In this document: piece after piece, positions 9,244-19,675 of the stretch
Layout: each line of letters begins with the position of its first letter
How positions within the stretch are numbered: position 1 is the first letter of the stretch
Assembly: GCA_963674825.1 (NCBI GenBank)
Contig: OY771587.1
Span: 2,016,001 to 2,080,000, forward strand
Length of the DNA: 64,000 nt
Direction of reading: 5' to 3'
Source: Candidatus Cloacimonadales bacterium
GTDB lineage: Bacteria > Cloacimonadota > Cloacimonadia > Cloacimonadales > JAIOQZ01
Made by a program: the position numbers and the translations under genes
Notes under the pieces: generated by a model
What the model was told of the DNA's origin: nothing
The model's database searches: none
What the model saw: only the letters and a program-made list of their open reading frames with translations

Positions 9244-11121
9244 TTAAGCGAGTTTATCTTCAATACGTTTTGCTATGGTTTCAGCGTCGAGGCCTGCAAA
9301 TCGATAGACGTCGTCCGCGGAACCGGATACGCAGTAGTCTTCCACGCCGAAACGGTGAAGTTTGCAGCTCAGGCCCAAGTCGAGCAGCTTCGTTGCAATG
9401 CTCGCGCCGAGGCCGGTATGAACGTTGTGATCTTCCACGGTGAAGATCGTGCCGGTTGCAGCAGCTTGTTTGAGCGCTTCTTCGTCGACGTCACAGGGGC
9501 AGCTCACGTTCCAGACCTGTACAGAGACGCCTTGCTTCTCAAGAATTTCGGCAGCTTTTACGGCGTTTCCGGCAAGTGTGCCCATGACCATAATGGCAGC
9601 CTGGTTTCCTTCACGCATGAGATCGGCTTTGCCATACACAAATTCGTAACCATCGGCGAAGAGGAGTTTTCCTTCCGCTTCACGAATAGGCGCGAGTTTG
9701 CTTCTGCCCATCGGAACCAGGAAGTTGCCATAGCAGCTTGAGATGTAGCGGATCACACGGTCGGTTTGATTCGGATCGGCCGGAACGATTACTTTGAAGT
9801 GGAAGAGATTGCGCATGACACCGAGGTAGTCAATACACTGGTGAGTTTTGCCGTCTTCGCCGACGTCGAGACCGACGTGAGTTGTGACGAGCTTAAGGTT
9901 GGTTTCGTTGATATCGTTCAGCCGGTGTTGGTTATAGGTCTCATCGACGCCGAATACGCCAAAATCAGCGAAATACGCATGGATACCGTACTTGGATACC
10001 GCCCCGGCCAGGGTTGCGGTATTATGTTCCATGATGCCGCCCTGGAAGAAGCGATTTGGCGCGACTTTCTCGAAGTCGTTGGTCTTGACGCTGCCTTGGA
10101 GATCGCAGTCGAATACGGCCATAGGAGCTTTTACGCCACCGTTGGTTTCAGCGAGATCGGCGAGCGCATTGCCCCAGGCGGAGCGGTTGTCAGTTTTGCC
10201 ATCATACACGCGCGGCGTTCCGGGATCGAGACCTTTGCCGGTGACTTTTAGATGGCCGTATTGCGGGTTGCACTGGTTTCTGAGCTGACGGAAATGCTCG
10301 AGACGGTTATCGATGCCCAGTTCTTTGCAGGCATCTGCGTATTGTTGATCGTTGAGGGTAGAGCCGTGATATTTCTCCAGATTTTCCATGAAGGAAACGC
10401 CTTTGCCCATTACGGTGTGTGCCAGGATCATGACCGGCTTTTCAGCATTGATTGCGTCGGTGATCGCCTTGTCGATCTCCTCGAAGCTGTGTCCGTCGAT
10501 CTCGATGACCATCCAGCCGTCCGATTCGTATCCCTGGCGGATGTTCTGCGGCATGACACAATGGATGTCGCCGCCGATCTGAAGCTGGTTGTAGTCGATG
10601 ATGGCTGTGACGTTGTTGAGGCCGTATTTAACGGCAAAGCGACGAGCTTCGGCAATCTGGCCTTTCTGCTGTTCGCCGTCACCCATGAGGACGAATACCT
10701 GATTATTGATCTCATTGAGGCGTGTGGCAAGTGCAAATCCGACGCCGGCGGAAAGTCCCTGTCCAAGGTTACCAGTACCCCATTCGATTCCCGGTACAAT
10801 AGGCTCGACGTGGCCTTCGAACTTGCTTCCGGCAAGTCTGAACTGGGTAACAGCATCGTCAAGATCGATAAATCCATTGAGACCGAGTGTTGAGTAAACA
10901 GCGGGTGAGATGTGTCCGTTGCTGACAACGACGCAGTCACGGTTGGCAGCTTGCGGATTCTTGGGGTCGACATTAATGCGGCTGTATAGCGTAAGGAGGA
11001 AATCGATGGATGACATCGATCCGCCGGGATGCCCTGAAGCCGATAGTGTGGTCATGGTAAGGATTGCAGCTCGTGCCAGGCGTGCATCCTCAGTCAGTTT
11101 CGCAATAATTTTCGGGTCCAT
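9244..11121 (-). CDS. tkt: Transketolase
   Basis: SGHPGGSMS, SNGHISP, TGNLGQG, TPP-binding GDGE...IDYN, HTVMGKG, GEDGKTHQ motifs. Confidence 0.93.
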   Translation of the reverse strand: MDPKIIAKLTEDARLARAAILTMTTLSASGHPGGSMSSIDFLLTLYSRINVDPKNPQAANRDCVVVSNGHISPAVYSTLGLNGFIDLDDAVTQFRLAGSKFEGHVEPIVPGIEWGTGNLGQGLSAGVGFALATRLNEINNQVFVLMGDGEQQKGQIAEARRFAVKYGLNNVTAIIDYNQLQIGGDIHCVMPQNIRQGYESDGWMVIEIDGHSFEEIDKAITDAINAEKPVMILAHTVMGKGVSFMENLEKYHGSTLNDQQYADACKELGIDNRLEHFRQLRNQCNPQYGHLKVTGKGLDPGTPRVYDGKTDNRSAWGNALADLAETNGGVKAPMAVFDCDLQGSVKTNDFEKVAPNRFFQGGIMEHNTATLAGAVSKYGIHAYFADFGVFGVDETYNQHRLNDINETNLKLVTTHVGLDVGEDGKTHQCIDYLGVMRNLFHFKVIVPADPNQTDRVIRYISSCYGNFLVPMGRSKLAPIREAEGKLLFADGYEFVYGKADLMREGNQAAIMVMGTLAGNAVKAAEILEKQGVSVQVWNVSCPCDVDEEALKQAAATGTIFTVEDHNVHTGLGASIATKLLDLGLSCKLHRFGVEDYCVSGSADDVYRFAGLDAETIAKRIEDKLA

Positions 11122-11143
11122 GTATTATTCTCCTTTAGATGGG

Positions 11144-11896
11144 TCAGTCGCCGCTGATGAGGTCGCCCAGAAGTCCGCCCAGGCCTTTTTGTTCACCTTG
11201 ATTCCGGAACCGCGCAGTAGAAATAATGCGGTCCGCAAGGCGTGAGAAAGGTAAACTTTGCAGGTAGATAGCTCCGGGTCCTTTGAGAGTAGCGAAGAAG
11301 AGCCCTTCTCCGCCAAAGAGAACGTTGGTGAATCCGCCGATGAATTCGATGTCGTAGTGGACGCTTGTCTCCATTCCGACCAGACAGCCAGTATCGACGC
11401 GCAGGGTCTCACCGGGTTGGAGCTGCCGTTCGATGATCGCTCCGCCTGCGTGGATGAAGGCCATTCCGTCACCTGAAAGCTTTTGCAGGATGAAGCCTTC
11501 GCCACCGAAGAGCCCGGCACCAAAGCGTTTGGTGAACGCGATATCGATATCAATGCCGCGTGCTGCACAGAGAAAGGAATTCTTCTGGCAGATGAAAGTT
11601 CTACCGTAACGATTGAGGTCGATGGGAACGATTCTTCCCGGGAACGGAGCTGCAAACGCAACGTGGCGCTTTGCGCGATCTTCGTTCAGGAACGTGGTAA
11701 TAAAGAAACTTTCGCCGGTAAGCATGCGTTTAAATCCCTTGAATAGTCCTCCACCGACACCGGTGTCCATGCGGATACCCTGCTCCATATATGTCATTGC
11801 GCCGACTTCCGCTCGTACGCCTTCACCCGGATCGAGCTCGACTTCGACCAATTGCATGTCGTCTCCAAAAATCTTAAAATCAATGATATCGGCCAT
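11144..11896 (-). CDS. TIGR00266/AIM24 family protein
   Basis: [45 protein letters not shown] motifs. Start chosen by GGAGG RBS (ORF track gives 11962). Confidence 0.9.
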   Translation of the reverse strand: MADIIDFKIFGDDMQLVEVELDPGEGVRAEVGAMTYMEQGIRMDTGVGGGLFKGFKRMLTGESFFITTFLNEDRAKRHVAFAAPFPGRIVPIDLNRYGRTFICQKNSFLCAARGIDIDIAFTKRFGAGLFGGEGFILQKLSGDGMAFIHAGGAIIERQLQPGETLRVDTGCLVGMETSVHYDIEFIGGFTNVLFGGEGLFFATLKGPGAIYLQSLPFSRLADRIISTARFRNQGEQKGLGGLLGDLISGD

Positions 11897-12121
11897 TTTC
11901 ATACCTCCGTCTGCATTGGATTCGGTTACCGAACAGACAAACAGCATGGCATTGAACGTCAAGCATAAAATGTGAGCATTTATAGTCCGCTGTATTTCTG
12001 AACGTTACCCACTTGCATTCGATGCGTGCGGAGTATTTGCCTGGATTTGGTGTTTATTTTTTTTGTTTTAATGGAAATTCGCGGTACTATATGAATAGTA
12101 CATACCAGGAGGAAGAGATTA

Positions 12122-12367
12122 ATGCAGAAACGTTCCGTATTGAAAATCGTAAATATCCTATTGGCGATCGGCTTCTTGCTTGCACTTATCAGCATGCTAC
12201 TTTATCGATTTATCCCGTCTCCGCTTCAGGGGATGGACATATTCTACGATATTCATGTCTATAGTGGTCCTGCGTTCGCTGTGATCGCTTTAATACATAT
12301 CGTTCTGAACTGGAACTGGATCAGAACACAATATTTCAAGAAACCAGCAAAACCCAGGGAGAAATGA
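12122..12367 (+). CDS. DUF4405-like small membrane protein (cytochrome b-like His pair)
   Basis: Two TM helices; DIHVYSG and LIHIVLNWNWI motifs. Confidence 0.75.
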   Translation: MQKRSVLKIVNILLAIGFLLALISMLLYRFIPSPLQGMDIFYDIHVYSGPAFAVIALIHIVLNWNWIRTQYFKKPAKPREK

Positions 12368-12711
12368 TGAAATACGCTTCGTTGATTTCCACATTCGTAC
12401 TACTGCTTTTTGCAGCATCTCTTTTCGCGCACCCGGCATCAGAGGTTACAGCTTCATATGATAAAGAGACGATGATCCTTACTGTCGAATACAAACACGA
12501 TGTTTCGGATCCTACCAAGCACTTCATCGATGATATCGAAGTGATTCTTGCTAAAAAAGATCTGGTTGTGCAAAAGCTGATGAGTCAGGACACGATCGAG
12601 GGTGGTAAGGTTCTTTATAAAATCCGGGATCTGAAACCGGGCGATGTTCTGAAGATCAAGACAGACTGCAATAGGTTCGGTGGTAAATCGATCGAATATA
12701 CTATCGAATAA
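12364..12711 (+). CDS. Secreted protein with superoxide-reductase-like His/Cys pattern
   Basis: Signal peptide ending LFA|HP; HDVSDPTKHFI and CNRFG motifs; overlaps the upstream gene. Confidence 0.6.
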   Translation: MMKYASLISTFVLLLFAASLFAHPASEVTASYDKETMILTVEYKHDVSDPTKHFIDDIEVILAKKDLVVQKLMSQDTIEGGKVLYKIRDLKPGDVLKIKTDCNRFGGKSIEYTIE

Positions 12712-12729
12712 TAAAGGAACATCTATCCG

Positions 12730-14592
12730 GTGCTTACGAGGAAATTCTTCTTATTGATTATCCCGGTACTGCTTCTTTTTGCCCTTATCGACTACGTCGT
12801 CGTAAATCATCTTGTCATCGGTAAATTTGACAGGCTGGAGCGACGCGAAGCGATAAAGAATGGCCAACGGGTACTCGACGCGATCGAACGAGAGCTACAT
12901 CATCTGATGTCCCTGTGCGAAGACTGGTCTTATTGGGATGATACGTTCGAGTTCATGGTCACACATAATCAATCGTACATCGAATCGAATCTGGTGCCTC
13001 AAACGCATATCGACAATGAGATAAATCTGTTCATGCTGATCAATACGGATGGTAGCGTTCTGTTGAAGAAAAATGTCGATCTGGAGACACTGGAAAACAT
13101 CGCTGTGGCTGAGTTTGATTTGAACTCATATCCACCGGATCATTTCCTGATATCTCGAGGAAAAGGCGATATTCAATCCGGGATCGTTCATACTTCTGCA
13201 GGACTGTTTTTGATTGCAAAAGCACCGATTCTCACAAGCCTGAAAACAGGCCCATATAACGGTACGATGATCATGGGTAGGCTCTTCGATGGCAATTATC
13301 AGGATATCCTCTGTGGGCAAACTCGAATGCGATTCAGTGTCAACCCTGGTGATATCGATCAGATTTCCAGTATTAGGGAAAATGCCCGGCATGAGGGCGA
13401 CAATTTTGTGATTGACTACAATGGCCCGGATACGCTAAACTTGTTGGGTAGGCTGGATACGATCAACGGAGTAGACTACTACATTGAAGCCTCTCTCAAT
13501 CGGGACTTCATGAAAGAAGGTAGAAGAACTGTCACGATGCTTTACATCTCACTAATGGTTGTGAGTATAATCATCCTTTTTGTGCTGATGATAGGCATTC
13601 AGTTTCTGGTTATTCGGCCGATAAAGAGACTGAAAGAGCATGCGCTACTGATCGCTCATAAACAGGAAACTTGCACCCGGCTCTATCCGAATCGTAAAGA
13701 CGAAATCGGAGTGCTTGCGCAGGAATTCGATCAGGTGTTCGACAGGTTGTTCGAGACGCGCTCAAGGCTTCTGGAGAGCTCCTATAAATCGGGACTCGCA
13801 GAGATGGCCTCCAATTTCCTGCATAATCTCCGGAACTCTCTCACGCCGTTGATGGGTGAGATCCAGGGCATACGGTATGCGTGCCGCAATCTGGATTTTG
13901 AGAAGTATAAAAAAGCGCACGAAGAACTGATGCGTGAAGATCTCGATCCGGAAAGAAGAAAGAAAATCCGGGAATATCTCCTGTTGCTCGATAGGCAATA
14001 TTTCGAAACGATGGATGATATCAACCTGGAGTTCAATACACTCGATGAGTATCGACAGAATATCGAGAAGCTGCTGGATACGCAGTCTAAATGGACGTCC
14101 GCGAAACCGGTGGTTGAGCCGATGAAGCAGTCGGAGATTGGGAAGGAAATTCAGTCGTTTCTTTCTCCGTCTTTACGCCGCAAGTTGACTCTCAGTGTTC
14201 ATAACGAAGAGAAAAAGGATAAAACGATCCGGACGTACCGGGTCACATTGCTGATGATACTATCGCGGCTGCTTGAGTATATTGTTGAGAGCCGGATGGA
14301 TAGCGGTGATCTGCGCATCGTGATTCTCACAAAGCGCATGGTTCATGATGAAAAGCCGATTCTATCGATACGTGTCATGATGCCGCAGACAATGCATCCA
14401 ATAGAAGGGTCTATAAGTGTATTTGCAGAAGGTTCGACTGACACAACGAAGTCGCTGACCAATGAATTGATCTGGTGTACGAATACAGCCAGCGTTATCG
14501 GTGCGGGACTTAGAATTGAGCAGTCAGAAGATGGTTTGACATCGTATTTCTTATTACAAGTTCCAATTATCGAACAGGCAGGGAGTGAATGA
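12730..14592 (+). CDS. CHASE4-HAMP sensor with HisKA-like region and degenerate ATPase domain
   Basis: Two TM helices; CHASE4 motif DWSYWDDTFEF; HAMP motif DEIGVLA; H-box-like FLHNLRN; no recognisable N/G1/G2 boxes. Confidence 0.8.
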   Translation: MLTRKFFLLIIPVLLLFALIDYVVVNHLVIGKFDRLERREAIKNGQRVLDAIERELHHLMSLCEDWSYWDDTFEFMVTHNQSYIESNLVPQTHIDNEINLFMLINTDGSVLLKKNVDLETLENIAVAEFDLNSYPPDHFLISRGKGDIQSGIVHTSAGLFLIAKAPILTSLKTGPYNGTMIMGRLFDGNYQDILCGQTRMRFSVNPGDIDQISSIRENARHEGDNFVIDYNGPDTLNLLGRLDTINGVDYYIEASLNRDFMKEGRRTVTMLYISLMVVSIIILFVLMIGIQFLVIRPIKRLKEHALLIAHKQETCTRLYPNRKDEIGVLAQEFDQVFDRLFETRSRLLESSYKSGLAEMASNFLHNLRNSLTPLMGEIQGIRYACRNLDFEKYKKAHEELMREDLDPERRKKIREYLLLLDRQYFETMDDINLEFNTLDEYRQNIEKLLDTQSKWTSAKPVVEPMKQSEIGKEIQSFLSPSLRRKLTLSVHNEEKKDKTIRTYRVTLLMILSRLLEYIVESRMDSGDLRIVILTKRMVHDEKPILSIRVMMPQTMHPIEGSISVFAEGSTDTTKSLTNELIWCTNTASVIGAGLRIEQSEDGLTSYFLLQVPIIEQAGSE

Positions 14593-17288
14593 AGCAGATT
14601 TATCGGATACTGATAGCGGACGACGAACCTCATGTCCGGAGATCATTCGAAAAAGTACTGAAACGACACGAAAACCGTAACGAATTGCACGGTGAATTGC
14701 TGGAACTGGAAAAAACATTATTCAACGAAGCAGACAAACCCGAAGAGAGTTTCAGCTACGAAATAACTCTTTGCGATCAGGGAGAACAGGCGGTTCACGA
14801 GGTTGAAAACGCTCTTCGAGAAGACAGGCCCTATGCCATCGCGTTTCTCGATGTTCGCATGCCTCCTGGAATTGATGGTGTGGAAACAGGCGAACAAATC
14901 CGAGCGATGGATCCCGACATCGAGATCGTGATTGTCACCGCCTACTCCGATACCGATGTGGACGAGATTACACGGCGAATACCGCCGCTCGATAAACTCC
15001 TCTTCATTCTCAAGCCTTTCCATCCAATCGAAGTGATCCAGTTTACCGCTGCGCTGGCGACTAAGTGGCGCCATGGACGGTATCTGAAATCGCTGCATCG
15101 ACAGATGGAAGAGGAACTCAAATTCCGCGAGGACAATATCATGGTCCTCTACAAAAGGTTACAGGACGACATTCAGAAACGGAAACGTTATGAGAAGCAG
15201 CTGCGTCGCCACGCGATTGTTTTCGATACTATGGACGAAGCCGTTTTAATCTCGGACCTCGAGGGAAGGCTTCTCGACGCCAATCCGTCTTTCAGGAATG
15301 TCTATGGTTATGAGAAGGATGAGCTTCTTGGCAAGCGTCTTGACCAGATGCATCCCAATGGAGAAGAGGTGGTCGAAACGCTACTCGATAATCTCCGTAA
15401 AAATGGATTCTGGATCGGTGAGCTTCCCATTGTTCGCAAGAACGGTCGCAAGGGCTGGATCAAGCTGAATATCAAGGAATATCACGATCACGAGAACGAA
15501 TTATCCGGCTATATCAGTGTCAATCGCGATATCACCGAGAATAAACGTACTTTTGATATCCTGAAACAGCAGAAAAACCTGCTTGAGGACGTCTTTACGC
15601 GGATTCACGACGGAATTGGGATCGTTAACGAAAATGAGGAGTATATTTTCGTTAATCCAGCCATTGCGCGGATTTATGAGGTGTCCGTTGAAGAACTTCT
15701 CGGTCGTAATGTTATGGAATTCTGTAATGATGAGGGGAAGAAAACGATTCTTGATGAGACCATCAAGCGTAAAGACAAGCAAGTTACAACCTACAATCTG
15801 GATATCACCACCGCCAAGGGTAATAAGCGTGTTCTCCGGATAAGTGCATACCCCAGGTTTGATACAAATGGGACCTATCAGGGCGCTTTTGGGGTGTTGC
15901 AGGATATCACCGAGCAGCAACGCCTGCGCGAGCAGTTCCTTCAATCGCAGAAGATGGAGGCTATGGGCAAGCTTGCCGGCGGTATCGCGCATGATTTCAA
16001 CAACATCCTCACCGTTATCAACGGTAGCAGCGAGCTGCTTCGCTCGAAACTACCAGAGGACTTGCAGGAAGACTTTCTGGATGACATCGTGAATGCGTCG
16101 TTTCAGGCGAAACAGCTGGTTGATCAGTTGCTGCTCTTCAGCCGCAAGCAATCAATCAGTCCGGAGATTCTCGACATAAACAGCACGATTATGGAAATGC
16201 AGACTTTCCTCAAGCGCATTATTGGCGTGAATGTTCAGATCAAGATGGTGCTGGATTCCGAGCTGGGGTTGGTCGAAGTTGATTCGGGTCAGTTCAAGCA
16301 GATTTTAATGAACCTGGCAGTGAATTCTCGCGACGCAATGCCTACCGGAGGCATGATAACGATCCAGACCCGGAATATCACCATCGATGAGACGATGCAG
16401 GAAGCAATTCATGGTTCGAAAGTAGGCGATTATATAAGTTTCACATTCGACGACACGGGCGTCGGTATCCCCAAAAATGTGATAACGCACATCTTTGAGC
16501 CGTTTTTCACTACGAAGGCTTCCGAGCATGGAACCGGACTCGGATTATCAACCGTATTCGGCATCATCCAGAATCATGATGGATGGGTTAACGTCGAGAG
16601 TGAAGAGAACAAGGGAACGCGCTTTTCCGTATATCTGCCCAGAATCGACAGCGATTATGTTCAGGAAGAGCAGCGTCGGCATTTGGAGACCGAACTAAAG
16701 GGTCGTGGCGAATTGATACTGGTCGTTCAAGAAAACGCTGCGGTGAGAGAATTCACCGTGCAAGCGCTTCAGAGAAACGGCTACAAGGTTATGTCGGAGA
16801 GCAACGCGCAGGGTGCCCGAAAGTGCTGCGAAAAACATCGTGACGATATTGATATTGTGCTTGCCGACGTCGATCTGCCCGATTCGACCGGGATGTTCCT
16901 GCTCAGCGAGATCAAATCGCGGAAACCGGAGATGAAGATGATCCTGACTTCGGGGTATATCGGCGATAACGAGAAGCAGGTCTTGATCGACAACCTTCAT
17001 GTTCCGCTACTAAACAAGCCCTATACCGTTCACGAACTTCTTGTCGCGATCAAGCATGGCAGAAGCGCGGAATATGACCTTACCGAGTATTGCGAGCTTT
17101 TCGAAATTTGCGAATTTCTCAAGAACATGCCAGTTTCCCAGGAATACCTCAACGAAGGCTGGAAGCGGATGTTCTGCCGGACACTGGCCAAATCGGAGCG
17201 TTGCAAACGGAAAAGGTATTTCTTTGAGACCGGTAAGCAGCCTGAAAAGCACATGACGCCTACGGGACATATCATCAAGCCGGAATAG
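14589..17288 (+). CDS. Hybrid histidine kinase REC-PAS-PAS-HisKA-HATPase-REC with Cys-rich tail
   Basis: IADDE/FLDVRMP, two PAS domains, AHDFNN, NLAVNSRDAM, DTGVG, PFFTTK, GTGLGL, C-terminal REC. Confidence 0.93.
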   Translation: MKQIYRILIADDEPHVRRSFEKVLKRHENRNELHGELLELEKTLFNEADKPEESFSYEITLCDQGEQAVHEVENALREDRPYAIAFLDVRMPPGIDGVETGEQIRAMDPDIEIVIVTAYSDTDVDEITRRIPPLDKLLFILKPFHPIEVIQFTAALATKWRHGRYLKSLHRQMEEELKFREDNIMVLYKRLQDDIQKRKRYEKQLRRHAIVFDTMDEAVLISDLEGRLLDANPSFRNVYGYEKDELLGKRLDQMHPNGEEVVETLLDNLRKNGFWIGELPIVRKNGRKGWIKLNIKEYHDHENELSGYISVNRDITENKRTFDILKQQKNLLEDVFTRIHDGIGIVNENEEYIFVNPAIARIYEVSVEELLGRNVMEFCNDEGKKTILDETIKRKDKQVTTYNLDITTAKGNKRVLRISAYPRFDTNGTYQGAFGVLQDITEQQRLREQFLQSQKMEAMGKLAGGIAHDFNNILTVINGSSELLRSKLPEDLQEDFLDDIVNASFQAKQLVDQLLLFSRKQSISPEILDINSTIMEMQTFLKRIIGVNVQIKMVLDSELGLVEVDSGQFKQILMNLAVNSRDAMPTGGMITIQTRNITIDETMQEAIHGSKVGDYISFTFDDTGVGIPKNVITHIFEPFFTTKASEHGTGLGLSTVFGIIQNHDGWVNVESEENKGTRFSVYLPRIDSDYVQEEQRRHLETELKGRGELILVVQENAAVREFTVQALQRNGYKVMSESNAQGARKCCEKHRDDIDIVLADVDLPDSTGMFLLSEIKSRKPEMKMILTSGYIGDNEKQVLIDNLHVPLLNKPYTVHELLVAIKHGRSAEYDLTEYCELFEICEFLKNMPVSQEYLNEGWKRMFCRTLAKSERCKRKRYFFETGKQPEKHMTPTGHIIKPE

Positions 17289-17305
17289 AGATTAGCGCGA
17301 AACAA

Positions 17306-19495
17306 CTATTTCAATAGCAGCATTCGGGTGGTCTGCTCAAGGCCGCCGGTTTGCAGCCGGTAGAAGTAAACACCGCTGGCGACGGGATTACCGCTATTGT
17401 CCGTTCCGTTCCATGTAGCGCAGTGGTCTCCCGCGTCTATTGGCTGGTCGAGCAAGGTCTTCACCAACTGCCCCCGGATATTATATACGTTAAGCCTTGT
17501 ATGTGTACGGTTCGGGATGCTGAACCGGATCGTTGTCTCCGGGTTGAATGGATTGGGATAGTTGGAGAGCTGAGGGCGAGGAGCCTCGACAACTTCGGAT
17601 TCATCGATTCCAAGAGCGGTCTCAACATCGAAAAGCAGCAATGACTTTTCATCCATAAGTAAAACATAGTGGTTATAACAATTGATATCGATGCACTCGT
17701 TCAGTAGCTCATAGCTCCCCGATAGATATGGATTGGCAGGATCAAGGGTTTTCATCACCCACATGGTGTTGTTCGCAGCACAAAAGAAGTTTTCAGAGGC
17801 AGAAATTGTAATTGCCGGGATGTTGTATGCTCTTATAAAAGCTGGATGATACGGATCATTGACATCAACAACATGTGTTGAGTAGAACCAATCTCCCCAC
17901 TCATCAATAGTATAAGCAATTGAATAGGCATACCCACCTGTTAGTGCAAGATCACAATAGGAATATCCTAAAGACGAATGACCCACGGGTTCGGGTTGAG
18001 CCGGATTGGAAACATTCACGATTTGGATGCTTCCGTTATATTCTGTTATATAGGCTAGATCGTCAATCACGTCAACCGAATTTCCATAATTTCCGCCCAT
18101 ATACGTTCCAACACATTCAGGTAAATCCGGAGCACTTACATCGTAGATAACTAACTCTCCTGAATAGTAATCATTGAAACAGCCTGCCATGTATAGGTAA
18201 TCTCCGCAAGCGTCGAGCCCTTTGAAATAGTGTAATGTGTTAATGGAATTCATATACACCGGACACGATGGACTGGAAATGTCGAAGATATGTATATCGT
18301 AATCCCATGGTGAATCAGTCATTTTTGTGACAAGAAACAGCTTGTCTTGCTCAGCTTCAATCATGATCCCATTAGCGTATTCACTATTTGTGTTTACCAA
18401 CTCTATTTCATTGATGTCATCTATTCTTAGCGTCACTAACCCTAAGATTTCGTCAGCACAATAGACATAGTCTCCATATGTATCAAAGCACTTCAGTTCT
18501 CCTTCCTCATCATATCCTCCGACCCATGTAATATTATTTCCATCGTGAAGATTGACAATTCCGAATCCATCTCCATAGGATCGTAAATATCCATACCCAT
18601 CAAGTATGGTCATTTCGTGACAGTTGTAATCCATCTCAAACGTTGATATCGCTTCCGGAGTGCATGGGTCGGTAATATCTATAACGGCTATTCCGTCATA
18701 ACGACAAACATATAAACGAAAATTAAGAATGCTTATGCTTTTACAATTTAGTTCAATGCTTCCAAGTATCTGCGGTTCATCCAGCTCACTGATATCGATC
18801 ATGTACAGGCTGTCAGGATCGACAAGGCAAACCAAATCGTCCCGAATCGCGACATCCTTAACGCTTTCATTGAGATTCAGATTGTTGATGATTTCTGGTT
18901 GCATTGGATTTTGTACATCAACCAGAATGAGTCCGTAATCGATTTTATTGAGGAAAACGATCCCGTCACTGACATCAAGTATGGTGATGTGACCATAAAG
19001 GTCAACACTGCCAACCAATTCTGGGTGTATTGGATCAATGAGGTTATGCACCATTAACTCGGGATACCAGTAGTTCCCTTGTAACACATACAGGAAACCA
19101 TCCTTTAGCTTTATTGATATTGCTTCATACTCGAAATGAAGGCTGTTTACTACATAGGGATTTGAAGGATTGCTTATATCGACAATGAATACGGTGTTAT
19201 AATAGTTGGATACATACAGATAGTTTTCGTGAATTTCGACCTGGCATATATATTCCTCAAAGACCAGGTATCCGACTTTTATCGGATTCGAAGGATTGCT
19301 AATATCGAGAACCGACAATCCGCAATTGGATCCAAGAAGGTACGCGTAATTACCCGATATCGTGTAGTCGATGATCGATGTAACCCAATGAAAGGGGTAT
19401 TCGTTTACCAGATCCACATGCCAGTTATCCTGAGCAAGCAGCATGGCGGACAATCCTAATATAAGCATCAAGGCAATAAGTGTGAGCTTCTTCAT
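17306..19495 (-). CDS. LVIVD-repeat beta-propeller protein with FlgD-Ig/T9SS-type C-terminal sorting domain
   Basis: Signal peptide; many 'YAY...L.VLDISNPSNP..VG' repeats; NYPNPFNPETTI...SGVYFYRL...MLLLK. Start chosen by RBS (ORF track gives 19513). Confidence 0.9.
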   Translation of the reverse strand: MKKLTLIALMLILGLSAMLLAQDNWHVDLVNEYPFHWVTSIIDYTISGNYAYLLGSNCGLSVLDISNPSNPIKVGYLVFEEYICQVEIHENYLYVSNYYNTVFIVDISNPSNPYVVNSLHFEYEAISIKLKDGFLYVLQGNYWYPELMVHNLIDPIHPELVGSVDLYGHITILDVSDGIVFLNKIDYGLILVDVQNPMQPEIINNLNLNESVKDVAIRDDLVCLVDPDSLYMIDISELDEPQILGSIELNCKSISILNFRLYVCRYDGIAVIDITDPCTPEAISTFEMDYNCHEMTILDGYGYLRSYGDGFGIVNLHDGNNITWVGGYDEEGELKCFDTYGDYVYCADEILGLVTLRIDDINEIELVNTNSEYANGIMIEAEQDKLFLVTKMTDSPWDYDIHIFDISSPSCPVYMNSINTLHYFKGLDACGDYLYMAGCFNDYYSGELVIYDVSAPDLPECVGTYMGGNYGNSVDVIDDLAYITEYNGSIQIVNVSNPAQPEPVGHSSLGYSYCDLALTGGYAYSIAYTIDEWGDWFYSTHVVDVNDPYHPAFIRAYNIPAITISASENFFCAANNTMWVMKTLDPANPYLSGSYELLNECIDINCYNHYVLLMDEKSLLLFDVETALGIDESEVVEAPRPQLSNYPNPFNPETTIRFSIPNRTHTRLNVYNIRGQLVKTLLDQPIDAGDHCATWNGTDNSGNPVASGVYFYRLQTGGLEQTTRMLLLK

Positions 19496-19675
19496 ATTTA
19501 CCCTCTCTAGCAAATAATTGCTAATGCTGGTTTATTTTTCGCAATGAAAAATGTATCTTGTCAAGGAATATTTATTCTCGCTTAAAATCCTTAATATGGT
19601 CGTGTGCGATGAGTGTGCTCTTATACCTGGGCATGCAGTAGCTTGAATGGCTAAATGTAAATCCGCCATAAAAAC

